From the IMG/VR virus record IMGVR_UViG_3300013126_000012, positions 32,001-96,000 of that record: DNA of 64,000 nucleotides; one strand, written 5' to 3'. Both the position numbers and the translations under genes were made by a program. Positions 1-10,199 of this stretch are shown piece after piece. The DNA comes from a virus. Positions within the stretch are counted from its first letter, which is position 1. Each line of letters opens with the position of its first letter. Below the pieces are notes generated by a model. The model was not told the origin of the DNA, searched no databases, and saw nothing but the letters and a program-made list of their open reading frames with translations.

Positions 1-167
1 TTGCGCGCATTACATATATGTTTTCCTTTTTCCTTTTCTTCTTTTGAAGAATTATCATCTACATTAATTAATTCAAATCCATCTAAATTGATGTTTTTTA
101 GTACTTCGCCTTCGAGCATATCATAATTATTCCTCGAAGATACATATATAATTAAATTATCTTTCAT
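1..167 (-). CDS. Glycosyltransferase family 2, N-terminal part (runs off window)
   Basis: Hand translation from ATG 167: MKDNLIIYVSSRNNYDML...FELINVDDNSSKE; VDDxS is the GT2 motif; start overlaps the epimerase 3' end. Confidence 0.65.
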   Translation of the reverse strand, partial: MKDNLIIYVSSRNNYDMLEGEVLKNINLDGFELINVDDNSSKEEKEKGKHICNAR

Positions 168-1017
168 TGTTACTGATATATGTTGTAATATAATGTTTAA
201 TATTTGATGTACATTTCCATTCTAATATAGAATTAGCTAATGATGCATCACATAATGTAGAAATTGCTTCACCTGGTTTATCGGCTTCATAAATAATGTT
301 ATTATAACAAAACATATCAGCAATTTCTTGAATTGAATAATTCGTACCCGTTCCTAATTCAAAAATATGACCCCATGCAGATTTTTTAAAAATTAATAAC
401 AATGCATTAACGATATCATCAACATGGGTGAAATCTCTACGTTTTGTGCCATCTCCATATATAACAATTGGTTGATTTGTTTCAATAGCACGTTCCCATT
501 TACCGATTACGGTACAATAACCGCCTTCTTTAAGATGATGCGGACCATATACATTGTAAAATCTAGTAACAGATGCATTTAAATTGTAATGTTCTTGAAA
601 TAAGTTAATTATTTCTTCCCCAACATCTTTACTAAATGTATACGGATTCTTAAATTTACCAGAATGATGTGAGCTAGAACCAGCATATACTAATGGTATA
701 TTATTAGTTGCACAAAATTTTGCAATTTTCATTGTAGCAACTGCATTATTTTCAAAATATTCAACTGGCAAATTAAAAGATGGTTGTATTCTAGCAATTG
801 CAGCTAAATGAAATACAACATCAAATTTATTATCCCAATTATCTGTTATATTTAAAATATCTTCGTTGATATATGTAGCACCTGGAATATGATTATATTC
901 AAACCCAGTAAAATAATTGTCGATCGAAACTACATCGATATTATTTTTAATAAGCAATTTAATTAAATTAGTTCCGATAAAACCAGCACCGCCGGTTACT
1001 AATGCACGTATTTTCAT
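157..1017 (-). CDS. NAD-dependent nucleotide-sugar epimerase/dehydratase
   Basis: LVTGGAGFIG Rossmann motif, YxxxK (YTFSK), RFYNVYGP, GDGTKRRDFTHVDD. Confidence 0.92.
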   Translation of the reverse strand: MKIRALVTGGAGFIGTNLIKLLIKNNIDVVSIDNYFTGFEYNHIPGATYINEDILNITDNWDNKFDVVFHLAAIARIQPSFNLPVEYFENNAVATMKIAKFCATNNIPLVYAGSSSHHSGKFKNPYTFSKDVGEEIINLFQEHYNLNASVTRFYNVYGPHHLKEGGYCTVIGKWERAIETNQPIVIYGDGTKRRDFTHVDDIVNALLLIFKKSAWGHIFELGTGTNYSIQEIADMFCYNNIIYEADKPGEAISTLCDASLANSILEWKCTSNIKHYITTYISNNER

Positions 1018-1643
1018 AATGTGTTATAATATTCATTTTGTTTAATTTGTCGATCAATTGTTTTTGGGTGATATAAAGAATACTCTTCTTCTAATGGTAA
1101 AGTTGAATATTCTTTAAAACCTTGTAGTACTTCGTGCACTTTATTTTTCCAAGTAATGTTATCGTCATTGCGGTAAATTCTCCATTGGTAATCTGGCCAA
1201 TTGATCCACCCATGTTCATTAACATTCCACCCCCATTGTTGCATATGATCTTGATTCATACCTTCCACAGTATTTACTCTAGGTACTAGAACAACATCTA
1301 CCGTAGAATTTGTTTCTAGTATATTTGGTAGTTGTGTTATCAAAGTTTCATTTGGTATTTCATCTGCATCAATCTGAAAAATAAAATCGCCAAAGCAATA
1401 TGATGATAATTTATTTTTCCAATCAGCAAAATGTCCTTGAAATTTATCTTGCCATATGGTTATATGATCGTCATAATGTCGTTCATAATGTCGCAGCGTT
1501 GATATCATTTCATCATCTGTGTTTGTTATATCTAACAACACAACAATTTCATCAGTTTTCTGTTTATGTTTAAGTAAAAAATCAAGCAAACGTTGTATTT
1601 CTTGCAATTCGTTACATACCGTTACCGCATAACTTATTTTCAT
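1014..1643 (-). CDS. Glycosyltransferase family 2
   Basis: ISYAVTVCNE start, FQIDADE DxD motif, WPDYQWRIYRN...VHE. Confidence 0.88.
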   Translation of the reverse strand: MKISYAVTVCNELQEIQRLLDFLLKHKQKTDEIVVLLDITNTDDEMISTLRHYERHYDDHITIWQDKFQGHFADWKNKLSSYCFGDFIFQIDADEIPNETLITQLPNILETNSTVDVVLVPRVNTVEGMNQDHMQQWGWNVNEHGWINWPDYQWRIYRNDDNITWKNKVHEVLQGFKEYSTLPLEEEYSLYHPKTIDRQIKQNEYYNTL

Positions 1644-2893
1644 GCTTCGATTTTCTTTAATTTAGGTAACGTTAATTTAGGCAATGACAATTCTACTTGT
1701 TTTGGTACCGATGCTAATGCTTCATCAACGTTACCTAATACTTTTTCATATACAGCTGCCACTGCAGTTTTTGTAAATGTTGAATTAACAAAATAACGTT
1801 GGCGTTTTGCTAATTCTTGCCATTTTTTATAATTCTTTTGCACTTCTTTCATCATTTTACTAGCATATGTATAATCTGGAGTAAACCACTTTGCATCTTT
1901 AATTAAAAATTCGTTACGAGCCGATTCGTGTATTTCAGTCAAACCGCCTGGCAATGCACAAATGAAATCTTTTTTAAGAAAATCAGCTTGACCAGAATAA
2001 TGAGGTGCAATTACGGGTTTACCTGTAGTTGAAAATTCAAGTAATGGACGACCAAACCCTTCTGCTTTTGTAAATGATATCATAGCTTTTACTTTAGGAT
2101 GATTGTAAAGCAAATTCATTTCTTCATCTGCTAAATCTCCGTGCAATAAGTATACGTTTGGTAACTTAGCTCCCGGAAATAATTCTTGAAGCTGAATTAT
2201 TTTGTTTTCAATATCCATGCGATCCATTACTGAATATGTGGCTCCGCTTGTTTTCAATACAAGTGCTGGCGCATCTTTTTGATTTTTATATGTATTGAAA
2301 AAACAATGAATAAGACCGCTAATATTTTTACGATCTTCGCCAGCTTGACCTTGCAACCAATGGCCAACTGATAAAAATGCAAATGTTTCGGGAATTGAAT
2401 CTAGAATCGATAACTGGCCAGTTGTTTTATTAGTATATACATTTTCATCAAAATATTCTGGAATTACTTCTAGTTTAGATGTAATAGGTTTGTTATTCTT
2501 TTGGGATGTATTAATAAATACTTGTTTTGTAAATTCGCTTGGTACAATGACCAATTGCATTGCATTAAGTTTGTCAATCCATTCTGCAGGACAAATATCT
2601 CCTTCGGTGCCAGCAGTAACTCCAATATTATACTTTCCAACTGCTTGAAATTCATTAGGCACTGTAACTTGTACCCAAACGTCTGGTTGTGATGTAAGTG
2701 GTAGCGGAACAATGCGTTGATTCCAATCTTGTGGTATTGGATATGTAAATGGAGTATGTCCCCATGGCAAAGACACGAGTTTAACGTCCCATTCTTGCCC
2801 TCGTTGTTCTATAATGTTTGCAATAATTTCGCGGGCATGATGACCATATCCCGATTGTGTTGCTACTGGTGACGCTATTATAACTGATCGCAT
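1640..2893 (-). CDS. Glycosyltransferase, GT-B fold (GT4-like)
   Basis: SGYG N-terminal motif, RKNI, EGFGRPLLE (EX7E), GKPVIA. Confidence 0.88.
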   Translation of the reverse strand: MRSVIIASPVATQSGYGHHAREIIANIIEQRGQEWDVKLVSLPWGHTPFTYPIPQDWNQRIVPLPLTSQPDVWVQVTVPNEFQAVGKYNIGVTAGTEGDICPAEWIDKLNAMQLVIVPSEFTKQVFINTSQKNNKPITSKLEVIPEYFDENVYTNKTTGQLSILDSIPETFAFLSVGHWLQGQAGEDRKNISGLIHCFFNTYKNQKDAPALVLKTSGATYSVMDRMDIENKIIQLQELFPGAKLPNVYLLHGDLADEEMNLLYNHPKVKAMISFTKAEGFGRPLLEFSTTGKPVIAPHYSGQADFLKKDFICALPGGLTEIHESARNEFLIKDAKWFTPDYTYASKMMKEVQKNYKKWQELAKRQRYFVNSTFTKTAVAAVYEKVLGNVDEALASVPKQVELSLPKLTLPKLKKIEA

Positions 2894-4377
2894 ACTATTC
2901 CTGTTTTTTCATATTTTTTTGGTGTAACTTTAGTTAGTGTATATCTTGCACGGGTTTCTAATTTAGATTCAAATAAATAATCAATCATTTCAATCATTTT
3001 GTTGCCCATTTGTTCGGCCGTTAGTCCATTTTTTAATGCCCATTCTCTACCAGATTGACCCATTTGATTTCGAAGCGTTTCTGGCGTGTCATACCAATAT
3101 CGAATTGCATCAGCAACATCTTCATATCGAACTCGATCGTCAAAGATATATGGAGTAGCTGGCGAACCTTGAAGTGATCTATTACTTGGAAATACTGGTT
3201 TAACCCAAACGCCATGTAATTTATATTTACCTGTATGATTAGTTGCAAATTCTCCATTAAATCTAATCCACTCGTCATTTTCATCCACAAATCCACATTG
3301 GTCTTGTAATCCACCAGTTACATTGTTAATAATCGGAGTGCCTGATAATATTGCTTCAGTTGAACTAAGTCCCCATCCCTCGTTGCTACCAATGTTAACA
3401 ACAACATCGGCAACATTATACATAGCATTCAATTCAGCATGAGACAATTTTTGTTCCGAAAATATTATTTTGCAATCTGGTGCCAATGTTTTAAAAATGG
3501 CTCGGAGATCTGTTCCGTTTTCATCTACAATCTGTGTATGCATTAGCAATGCTACTCGTTGCTTTTGCTCTGCAGGCAATCCGTCAACAAATGTTTTAAA
3601 CGCTAAAATTAAATCGCCTGGTTGTTTTCGTCTAATATTTCGATTGTTCCAAAACACTACAAAGTCTACACCATGTTTCGTTTTAATGTTTTCATAAACA
3701 TGTTTGTATGTTGCATCATCTACAGGCAATGGTTTGAATGTATTATGATTTAATCCGTGAGGAACAAACCCGGTAACAATTTGATTCCATTTTACATCCG
3801 TTGGTACTGAATCTTGAGCATCATAATTTACAACATCAAATCCATTTTGTGCGAGTACTTCTCGATGAATATTGTCTGATTGTTTGCTAATACCCATAAT
3901 TAAATCGCAACTTGCATAAAATGGTGCGTTCCACATTGGATAAGGTAAATCATCCCAAATTGAATAATAAATAATAGGTATGTTGAATGTTGTTTTAATT
4001 TCGTGCTCAATAGCATATAACCAAGTCCAATATCGCGGATCGGTAAAATGAAATATTGCATCTGGACGTTCATTGTTTATAAGTGCCATTAGAATATTTC
4101 GGTCTCCATAACCATTCCATGGAATAATTTTAACTGATGCATCTTCTATGCCCGTTTCTTGTGCAACTTGTGCTGACAAATCAAATGCTTGACCTGCTTC
4201 TGGGTGTTTTAATGCGCCGCCTAATTGTACCCAATCATAATGTCGTACGGTATTGAATATAATCTCTCGGCTGATGGTACCAATACCCGAAGGCAATCGG
4301 AAATCATCTGCTAATAATAAAATTTTCTTTTTCTTGGGCTTGTTGGGGTCGATTTTTTTTAGTTTTGGTAACTGCAT
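2878..4377 (-). CDS. Glycosyltransferase, GT-B fold (GT4-like)
   Basis: NRNIRRKQPG, NEGWGLSSTEA (EX7E), GTPIINNVTGGL. Confidence 0.88.
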   Translation of the reverse strand: MQLPKLKKIDPNKPKKKKILLLADDFRLPSGIGTISREIIFNTVRHYDWVQLGGALKHPEAGQAFDLSAQVAQETGIEDASVKIIPWNGYGDRNILMALINNERPDAIFHFTDPRYWTWLYAIEHEIKTTFNIPIIYYSIWDDLPYPMWNAPFYASCDLIMGISKQSDNIHREVLAQNGFDVVNYDAQDSVPTDVKWNQIVTGFVPHGLNHNTFKPLPVDDATYKHVYENIKTKHGVDFVVFWNNRNIRRKQPGDLILAFKTFVDGLPAEQKQRVALLMHTQIVDENGTDLRAIFKTLAPDCKIIFSEQKLSHAELNAMYNVADVVVNIGSNEGWGLSSTEAILSGTPIINNVTGGLQDQCGFVDENDEWIRFNGEFATNHTGKYKLHGVWVKPVFPSNRSLQGSPATPYIFDDRVRYEDVADAIRYWYDTPETLRNQMGQSGREWALKNGLTAEQMGNKMIEMIDYLFESKLETRARYTLTKVTPKKYEKTGIVCDQL

Positions 4378-4409
4378 TTTATCCTTTATAACTTTTGTAT
4401 AAATATGGT

Positions 4410-4814
4410 TTAACCTAAGATAACCACAGGTTTTTGTAATTTTTTAGTTCGCGTCCATGCTGTTTGAAGCACTGGATCTAGTTGCGGTTGATTGCTTAAA
4501 ATCATCATGTAATCGCATCGTTCTGCAATAAGCTGCATGCGGTGATGAAGCTGCGAAAAATGATATGGTTTGCCATAATATGATTCTGGCATTGCTGAGT
4601 ACATATTATGTCCCGAAAATGATGGATTATATTCTTCGTAACTTAAACCAAACTCTAACGCATACTTTCTAACCATATTGTTGGCTCCTTCATTACCACC
4701 TGCACCAACAACAATCAAATCGTCACCAAACTTCTTTTTTACAAGTTGCAAAGTTTCTTGTATTTTCCTTTTGTTTTGCCAATCTGTATTTCCGATAATT
4801 GCAATTCGTTTCAT
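4410..4814 (-). CDS. SLOG/YspA-like (DUF2493-like) protein
   Basis: RIAIIG...VVGAGGNEGA...YALEFGL...CDYMMIL...KPVVI pattern. Confidence 0.65.
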   Translation of the reverse strand: MKRIAIIGNTDWQNKRKIQETLQLVKKKFGDDLIVVGAGGNEGANNMVRKYALEFGLSYEEYNPSFSGHNMYSAMPESYYGKPYHFSQLHHRMQLIAERCDYMMILSNQPQLDPVLQTAWTRTKKLQKPVVILG

Positions 4815-5029
4815 CGTCGTTCTCGTACAAATTTAACACCTTTTGGATAATGCCCGTATACTAAACGAAGCATTTGCTCCAACGTTTTTCTATTTTCTTT
4901 ATGATCGGGGCCATCTATGTTTGTACACAACGAATACTCCATGACACATGTTTTAGTACCTGGCCATGTTGGATGATTTTGCATCTGAAATTCGTAAACG
5001 TATACATGTTTATGTGTCCACTTAATCAT
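4811..5029 (-). CDS. Hypothetical protein
   Basis: ORF with its own promoter-like motif and ATGA coupling to the next gene. Confidence 0.6.
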   Translation of the reverse strand: MIKWTHKHVYVYEFQMQNHPTWPGTKTCVMEYSLCTNIDGPDHKENRKTLEQMLRLVYGHYPKGVKFVRERR

Positions 5030-5047
5030 ACTTTATTATAATGAATT

Positions 5048-6001
5048 TTATTCACGAATCCTATTTTCTTTAGGACAACGTTCATAATCTGTTTTGAACG
5101 GACAATACTTACAATTTACAGCACCTTTGCCGGCAACAGCAACATAGTTTCTATCAGCATTCTTATTGCCTTCTGCATCAAAGCATGCATCAACAAAAGA
5201 TTCAATCTGCCGTTGAACTTTCTTTTGAGTTACTGAACCAGCTGCGGGTTTATGATTTTGAATTCGTTTTTGTGGAAACATTGATTCTTCAACAATCTTA
5301 CGCTTAACGATAAAAAATTCAACTTCAATCTTGTCACGCGATACACCAAATTGCTCTGCAAAGTAATTTTTGTATGCAATCAATTGTGCTGACTTCATTG
5401 CATCTGATTTAGCTGGTTGCTTCCAACCATTGCGAGATGTTTTAATATCAAATAATTTGAAAGTATTAGTAGGAACGTGTCGCATAACAACATCAATAAA
5501 ACCATACCAGTATACCGATGAATTCTTGGATGATGCTGGATGACATAATTCAATTTCAATGCCAACTAATTCCCAATCTTTACTTGAAAAGTATTGTCCT
5601 CGACGTTTGCTAAACCATTGTAAAATAGCCGCTCCATCTTCTAAATATTCTGCTAATTGTAATGGATTTGAAAAATGCTCTCCACCAAACTCTTGTACAC
5701 ATCGGGCATATTCTTCTCGAAGTTTGTTTTGCAATATTCCACGCAAATCTAATGCTTCTGCCTTCTTAACAGATTCTGTATACATTACGGTTAAGAAATA
5801 CTGAAATGTCTCGTGGAATGCCGTTCCAAACACTGTTTCAATTGATGCTTGGAACGGCGCTAGACCATCGATATATGATAATTTCCAAGAAAGCGGACAA
5901 CGTTCATACATCGACCATTGCGAATAAGAAATCTTTCTTGGTACAGATGTTGCATCTCGTACTGCTAATCTATATACCGGATTAATGTATGTACCTTTCA
6001 T
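5048..6001 (-). CDS. PD-(D/E)xK exonuclease (Cas4/RecB-like)
   Basis: ISYSQ...CP, FGTAFHE, GFIDVV, LFDIKTS, QLIAY, C-terminal CKYCPF...C cluster. Confidence 0.85.
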   Translation of the reverse strand: MKGTYINPVYRLAVRDATSVPRKISYSQWSMYERCPLSWKLSYIDGLAPFQASIETVFGTAFHETFQYFLTVMYTESVKKAEALDLRGILQNKLREEYARCVQEFGGEHFSNPLQLAEYLEDGAAILQWFSKRRGQYFSSKDWELVGIEIELCHPASSKNSSVYWYGFIDVVMRHVPTNTFKLFDIKTSRNGWKQPAKSDAMKSAQLIAYKNYFAEQFGVSRDKIEVEFFIVKRKIVEESMFPQKRIQNHKPAAGSVTQKKVQRQIESFVDACFDAEGNKNADRNYVAVAGKGAVNCKYCPFKTDYERCPKENRIRE

Positions 6002-6006
6002 ACTAT

Positions 6007-6035
6007 ATTATATAAAAAAATACATATAAATCCAA
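6007..6035 (-). promoter_or_regulatory. Class I promoter TTGGAT-N17-TATAAT, leaderless
   Basis: ATG lies 5 nt after the -10 hexamer. Confidence 0.7.
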
Positions 6036-6053
6036 TATACGATATATATTAAT

Positions 6054-7388
6054 ATGATACGTCTAAAAAAATTACTAGAACAATTGGGCGGTAAAAATGC
6101 AGTGTTTAAACAATCACCTATTGATAAATCAATCGTAATAACTCCATTTGATGCTAAAAAGGTAGCTAAATTATTATATAATTCAAAGGGATATATTAAC
6201 GATGATGAATCGTTAGCTAAAGATTCAATTATTAAAAATATTAATAATATTGAACAATACAAACAAGTAAATAAAGAATTACAGTCACTAACATCTGGTA
6301 GAGGTATTGGTGCATATCTTCGATCGTTTTTAAATAACGTAGATAGATTTAAAATTGTACGATCGTTAGTTTATAAGCTTCCGAAAACTGATTGGAAATG
6401 GACTATTGCAAAGATTATGCCATTTAGTGATTTTAAATTGTTAGTTAGCAAAAATCCTTCATATTGGAACGTTATAGTTGGAAATTCAATGTCAAACCAG
6501 CCAGTGACTAACGCAGAATTACAATTAATTCAATTTTATGAACCTGAAAAAATTAAGGATTCTAATTACGGATTCTGGGATAGAGTTATTGACACATTTC
6601 TATCCGTATCCGGAACACCAATTAAAGATGCTAGAGATTTACTATCAGATTTTGATGCTATCATTAAAAGAAGAATTGATTACAATAAGAAACATAATTT
6701 ACCAATTGATACCTTAACACCAGAAGAAAAAACTTTTAGGGAGAAAATTTTAAAGGCCACCCCAAACTATGGGTATCCTAACATTTTCGGTTTGTCCAAA
6801 ATTATACAAGATATAAATCAAGGTAAAAATATCCAACCTCAAGAATTCGAAAGATACAAAAAGATTGGAACATATGATTATGGTAATATTGGTAAACAAA
6901 AATATAGTGACCAAAAACTAAAGACGCTGCTGGGTTCCAGAGAAGAACTTAAAAGAATGTGGTTGGGAATTGATGAACCTGATGGGGAAAGTAAAGGTTT
7001 TTGGGTTAAATCGGAATTCAAACCAAAAGACTCAACAAACCCAAACGCTGTTTATTATAAACCAAAAGATATTCCAAAATTAACGCCACAACAATTTGAT
7101 GAATTATACAATGCAATTATGGATACTAAAAAACCAGATGGTAAATTTCCTGGGGGAAATAGTTCTATATTATTTGATAACAAATTCAAATTTATTAACG
7201 CAAGTATTAAAGAGAAAATAAGGGGTGATTTAGGTCATTTTAAATTTGGTGCGGGAAAAGAAAATGGAAAAACATATATTTCTATATATGATGAATGGGA
7301 CTTAATGCCACCTTCCGCCAAAAAATTCGGTGTTAATGTTCAAAAATACGGTAAAACACCATTAATATATTATCGTATTTTTAAATAA
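6054..7388 (+). CDS. Hypothetical protein with MIRLKKLLE leader and annexin-like N-terminal segment; only long plus-strand gene
   Basis: 444-aa ORF; leader shared with other ORFs; AKLLYNSKGYINDDE resembles an annexin repeat. Confidence 0.7.
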   Translation: MIRLKKLLEQLGGKNAVFKQSPIDKSIVITPFDAKKVAKLLYNSKGYINDDESLAKDSIIKNINNIEQYKQVNKELQSLTSGRGIGAYLRSFLNNVDRFKIVRSLVYKLPKTDWKWTIAKIMPFSDFKLLVSKNPSYWNVIVGNSMSNQPVTNAELQLIQFYEPEKIKDSNYGFWDRVIDTFLSVSGTPIKDARDLLSDFDAIIKRRIDYNKKHNLPIDTLTPEEKTFREKILKATPNYGYPNIFGLSKIIQDINQGKNIQPQEFERYKKIGTYDYGNIGKQKYSDQKLKTLLGSREELKRMWLGIDEPDGESKGFWVKSEFKPKDSTNPNAVYYKPKDIPKLTPQQFDELYNAIMDTKKPDGKFPGGNSSILFDNKFKFINASIKEKIRGDLGHFKFGAGKENGKTYISIYDEWDLMPPSAKKFGVNVQKYGKTPLIYYRIFK

Positions 7389-7535
7389 ATGCAAATCTTG
7401 TATAAATGAACCTTTATGCCGGCATCTTACAATGCGTTTAACGATATCAAATTCATAGGTATTCAATCCCCATTCTTCTGCAAATTTATAAAGGCTATCT
7501 TTACCTTTGTAATGTGTCTGTGTATTTACGCTCAC
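7362..7535 (-). CDS. Small DUF3310-like protein, possibly C-terminally truncated (not in ORF track)
   Basis: GTG start overlaps upstream TGA; MSVNTQTHYKGKDSLYKFAEEWGLNTYEFDIVKRIVRCRHKGSFIQDLHLFKNTIIY; HY...K..R...K...QDL pattern. Confidence 0.55.
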   Translation of the reverse strand: MSVNTQTHYKGKDSLYKFAEEWGLNTYEFDIVKRIVRCRHKGSFIQDLHLFKNTIIY

Positions 7536-7981
7536 TTGATTCCTTTTAACATACGTTTTTTCTCAGCATCGCTATATCCATACATTGTTATGATGCGTTC
7601 TAACGTAACCTTATCCATTAAATCTGCATAATCTACAGCTTCGGATTTGCTAATCTGATAATGTTCTGCAAGTTGTGTGATTAAATCTTTATCAAATTTA
7701 TCTTCAGTTTTGCCTTTAATGTATTTTGCAAAGCTTTTATTGGTAGGCAGAAGTTCATAGTACAATCGATATGTTTCTTGTGGTCTAAGTAATCCAATTG
7801 TATATGTTTGCAATTCATTGACTAATTCCGTTAATTCCATTCGCATCGATAACCAACGATTAACGATAAATGGAGAAAATTTCTTTTGATCGGTTTCAGA
7901 CCATTTTTTCCATTCACGTTTTTTATCCGTTACGCCACCAATCAAATCAAAAATCGTTGCACCTTTTTTTTCTTCTGCCAT
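7532..7981 (-). CDS. Clamp loader small subunit (T4 gp62-like)
   Basis: FSPFIVNRWLSM, YYELLP...FAKYIK, LAEHYQISKSEA; near clamp loader large subunit. Confidence 0.75.
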   Translation of the reverse strand: MAEEKKGATIFDLIGGVTDKKREWKKWSETDQKKFSPFIVNRWLSMRMELTELVNELQTYTIGLLRPQETYRLYYELLPTNKSFAKYIKGKTEDKFDKDLITQLAEHYQISKSEAVDYADLMDKVTLERIITMYGYSDAEKKRMLKGIK

Positions 7982-7984
7982 TCG

Positions 7985-8200
7985 TTATAATTTATATTTT
8001 TTACGATATTGTTGTTCTAAATATTCACCCATCCCTGCTTCTAAAATAACAGCAGTATCTGGTATTCCTATGATTCGTTTTGCATTTAAGATATCATCCA
8101 TTGATTTGTTTCGAAACGTTTTGATTTTAGTTTTTGCGTTGCTACGATTTGATGTTTTAAATACAATTGTAACTAAATCTTTATGATATGGTGCAGACAT
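7985..8200 (-). CDS. Hypothetical protein
   Basis: Tightly packed ORF in operon. Confidence 0.6.
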   Translation of the reverse strand: MSAPYHKDLVTIVFKTSNRSNAKTKIKTFRNKSMDDILNAKRIIGIPDTAVILEAGMGEYLEQQYRKKYKL

Positions 8201-8418
8201 TACTTTTTAACTTTTATGGGTTGAAATTCTTCTGGAATAGAACCACAGTCATCGCATCTAAATACTGGAATTGGTACCATGGTATCTTTATCGGCACCCG
8301 TTAAAAATTTAGATACTTTGTTGATAGCCATTACTTGTCGAAAATACATTCCGTTGCATTCGGCGCACGTAATTGGTTGCATATCGTTTGGACCAATATT
8401 AACATTTAATTTACTCAT
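8200..8418 (-). CDS. Small zinc-ribbon protein
   Basis: CAEC...CDDC pairs. Confidence 0.7.
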   Translation of the reverse strand: MSKLNVNIGPNDMQPITCAECNGMYFRQVMAINKVSKFLTGADKDTMVPIPVFRCDDCGSIPEEFQPIKVKK

Positions 8419-9341
8419 AATTCTCCTAATAAATTTACAAACATTGCCATTATGTTGATTTCTTTATCTACTACACTTGCATCTTTAAACTGCGATTCTG
8501 CTATAATCAAAATGCACGGAGCAATATGTCCATGTGCAAAATCATCTAAATTGTCATAAAGAAAAGTATACAATGGCGTAAAATCTTTTACTTTGCTATC
8601 AGCAATAACCTGACGTATTTTATTGAATGCAGCTTTTTTGTCTTTAGCATTTTTCAAAACTTCCAATATTTCCGTCATGTAATTTGCTTGAATTGCACTT
8701 GCTTTATCTAATTGCAATTTACCGTTAACAACAGATGCTTGTGCTGCATTGATTGCTCGGCGAATATCTGGATATGATGCATTGATGATTGCTGCTACAT
8801 CTTTAATATCATATGTAACACCCTTTTCATCTAATACCACAACCAATCGCTTTGCTACATCTGATTTGCTTGGAGGCGTAATAGCAAATGTTTGACAACG
8901 AGATTGAATTGGATCAATAATTTTTTCAACATAGTTACATGTTAAGATGAAACGCGTTGTTTTGCTATAAGTCTCCATTAAATTGCGAAGAGCAGCTTGA
9001 GCATTTGCGGTCATAAAATCGAATTCGTCGAGAATAATAACTTTCCAACGTTTAAAGCCGACCGACGATGCAAATCTAGATATTTTATCTCTAACGACAT
9101 CTACGGAATTTTCATCGGATGCATTAATATACATGGTTTGGCTATCAACTGCATTTGCTAAAATTTTAGCTAATGTAGTTTTACCCGTACCTGCCGATCC
9201 GTAAAATAATAAATGGGGCAATTCACCATTTTGTATCCAAATATTTGCTTTTCCTATTAACGCTTCGTTCCCGATATAACCATCTAATGTATTTGGTCTG
9301 AACGCCTCTGTCCACAAATCATGTTCTTTTTCTTGTTGCAT
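8415..9341 (-). CDS. Clamp loader AAA+ subunit (RFC/T4 gp44-like)
   Basis: W.E.FRP, GSAGTGKTT Walker A, INASDE, IILDEFD, SRC motif. Confidence 0.93.
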   Translation of the reverse strand: MQQEKEHDLWTEAFRPNTLDGYIGNEALIGKANIWIQNGELPHLLFYGSAGTGKTTLAKILANAVDSQTMYINASDENSVDVVRDKISRFASSVGFKRWKVIILDEFDFMTANAQAALRNLMETYSKTTRFILTCNYVEKIIDPIQSRCQTFAITPPSKSDVAKRLVVVLDEKGVTYDIKDVAAIINASYPDIRRAINAAQASVVNGKLQLDKASAIQANYMTEILEVLKNAKDKKAAFNKIRQVIADSKVKDFTPLYTFLYDNLDDFAHGHIAPCILIIAESQFKDASVVDKEINIMAMFVNLLGEL

Positions 9342-10146
9342 AACATTTATTCAATTGTAATTTATTTTGACCTTCGAAGATTGTTTCATTTATATAATCT
9401 CGTATGATATCTTCACTTATAATAAGGAATTCTATATTATTCTCCAAGCAATATTGCTTAGCAGCTGATGTTTTATAATGATTATCTTTTATGTTAGATA
9501 ACGGTTTAACTTCAATTAAAATTCGATTAATTGGATCATAAAAATCTACAATATATGTTTTAGATTCATTATTGTTATCAATATATGGAATACGGATTGT
9601 TTCATATTGCCAATGTTGATTAGAAAACCATAAACATGCTTCCCAACTACTCCGAAATTTTTTAATTTCATTATCTATTTCTATAACAGCATCCCAATGC
9701 GTGAAACTATTTGTAATTTTTGGAGTAAATTCGTTATTTAAAATTTTTTGTTTTAAAATTTTTGAATTCTTAATGCCTACTCGTTTTTTAGTCTCAATTC
9801 CAACAGCTGTTTGGTAATATGTTTTAAGTTTTTCAGAATTTTGTCGTCCTACTGATTTTGCTGTATCTTTACCATAATCTGTTTGAAAAAATTTCAACTT
9901 AGATTTGGAAATTTTCTTTCCAATATCAGTCGTACGTTTACCTCTTTGCCAAACTCTATTTTCAGTGCAAGTTAAACAATAACTACGGTACCGTTGAGTA
10001 TTGATATATTGTATATTACAATGTGAACATATATGATCATAACCTTGTGTTTCACATTCAATACATAATGTTTTATTCCACACTCCAAAAAACGAAGTAT
10101 TGCACCTATTACAAATTTTTTTAATTGGTTTATATCCACCGCTCAT
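9319..10146 (-). mobile_element. Free-standing homing-type endonuclease (Zn fingers plus TnsA-like PD-(D/E)xK domain)
   Basis: Multiple CxxC; FRSSWE...YE...IPY...YIVDF...LIEVKP; more AT-rich; overlaps clamp-loader start. Confidence 0.72.
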
Positions 10147-10199
10147 AACTAATCTTTATTATAAATATGAGTATTCAGAATAAAAAAATCTGTTTCTAG

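Noticed and set aside
5048-6001. Cas4-like gene as part of a CRISPR system
   Set aside because: No other cas genes and no repeat-spacer array seen; solo Cas4-like nucleases are common in phages
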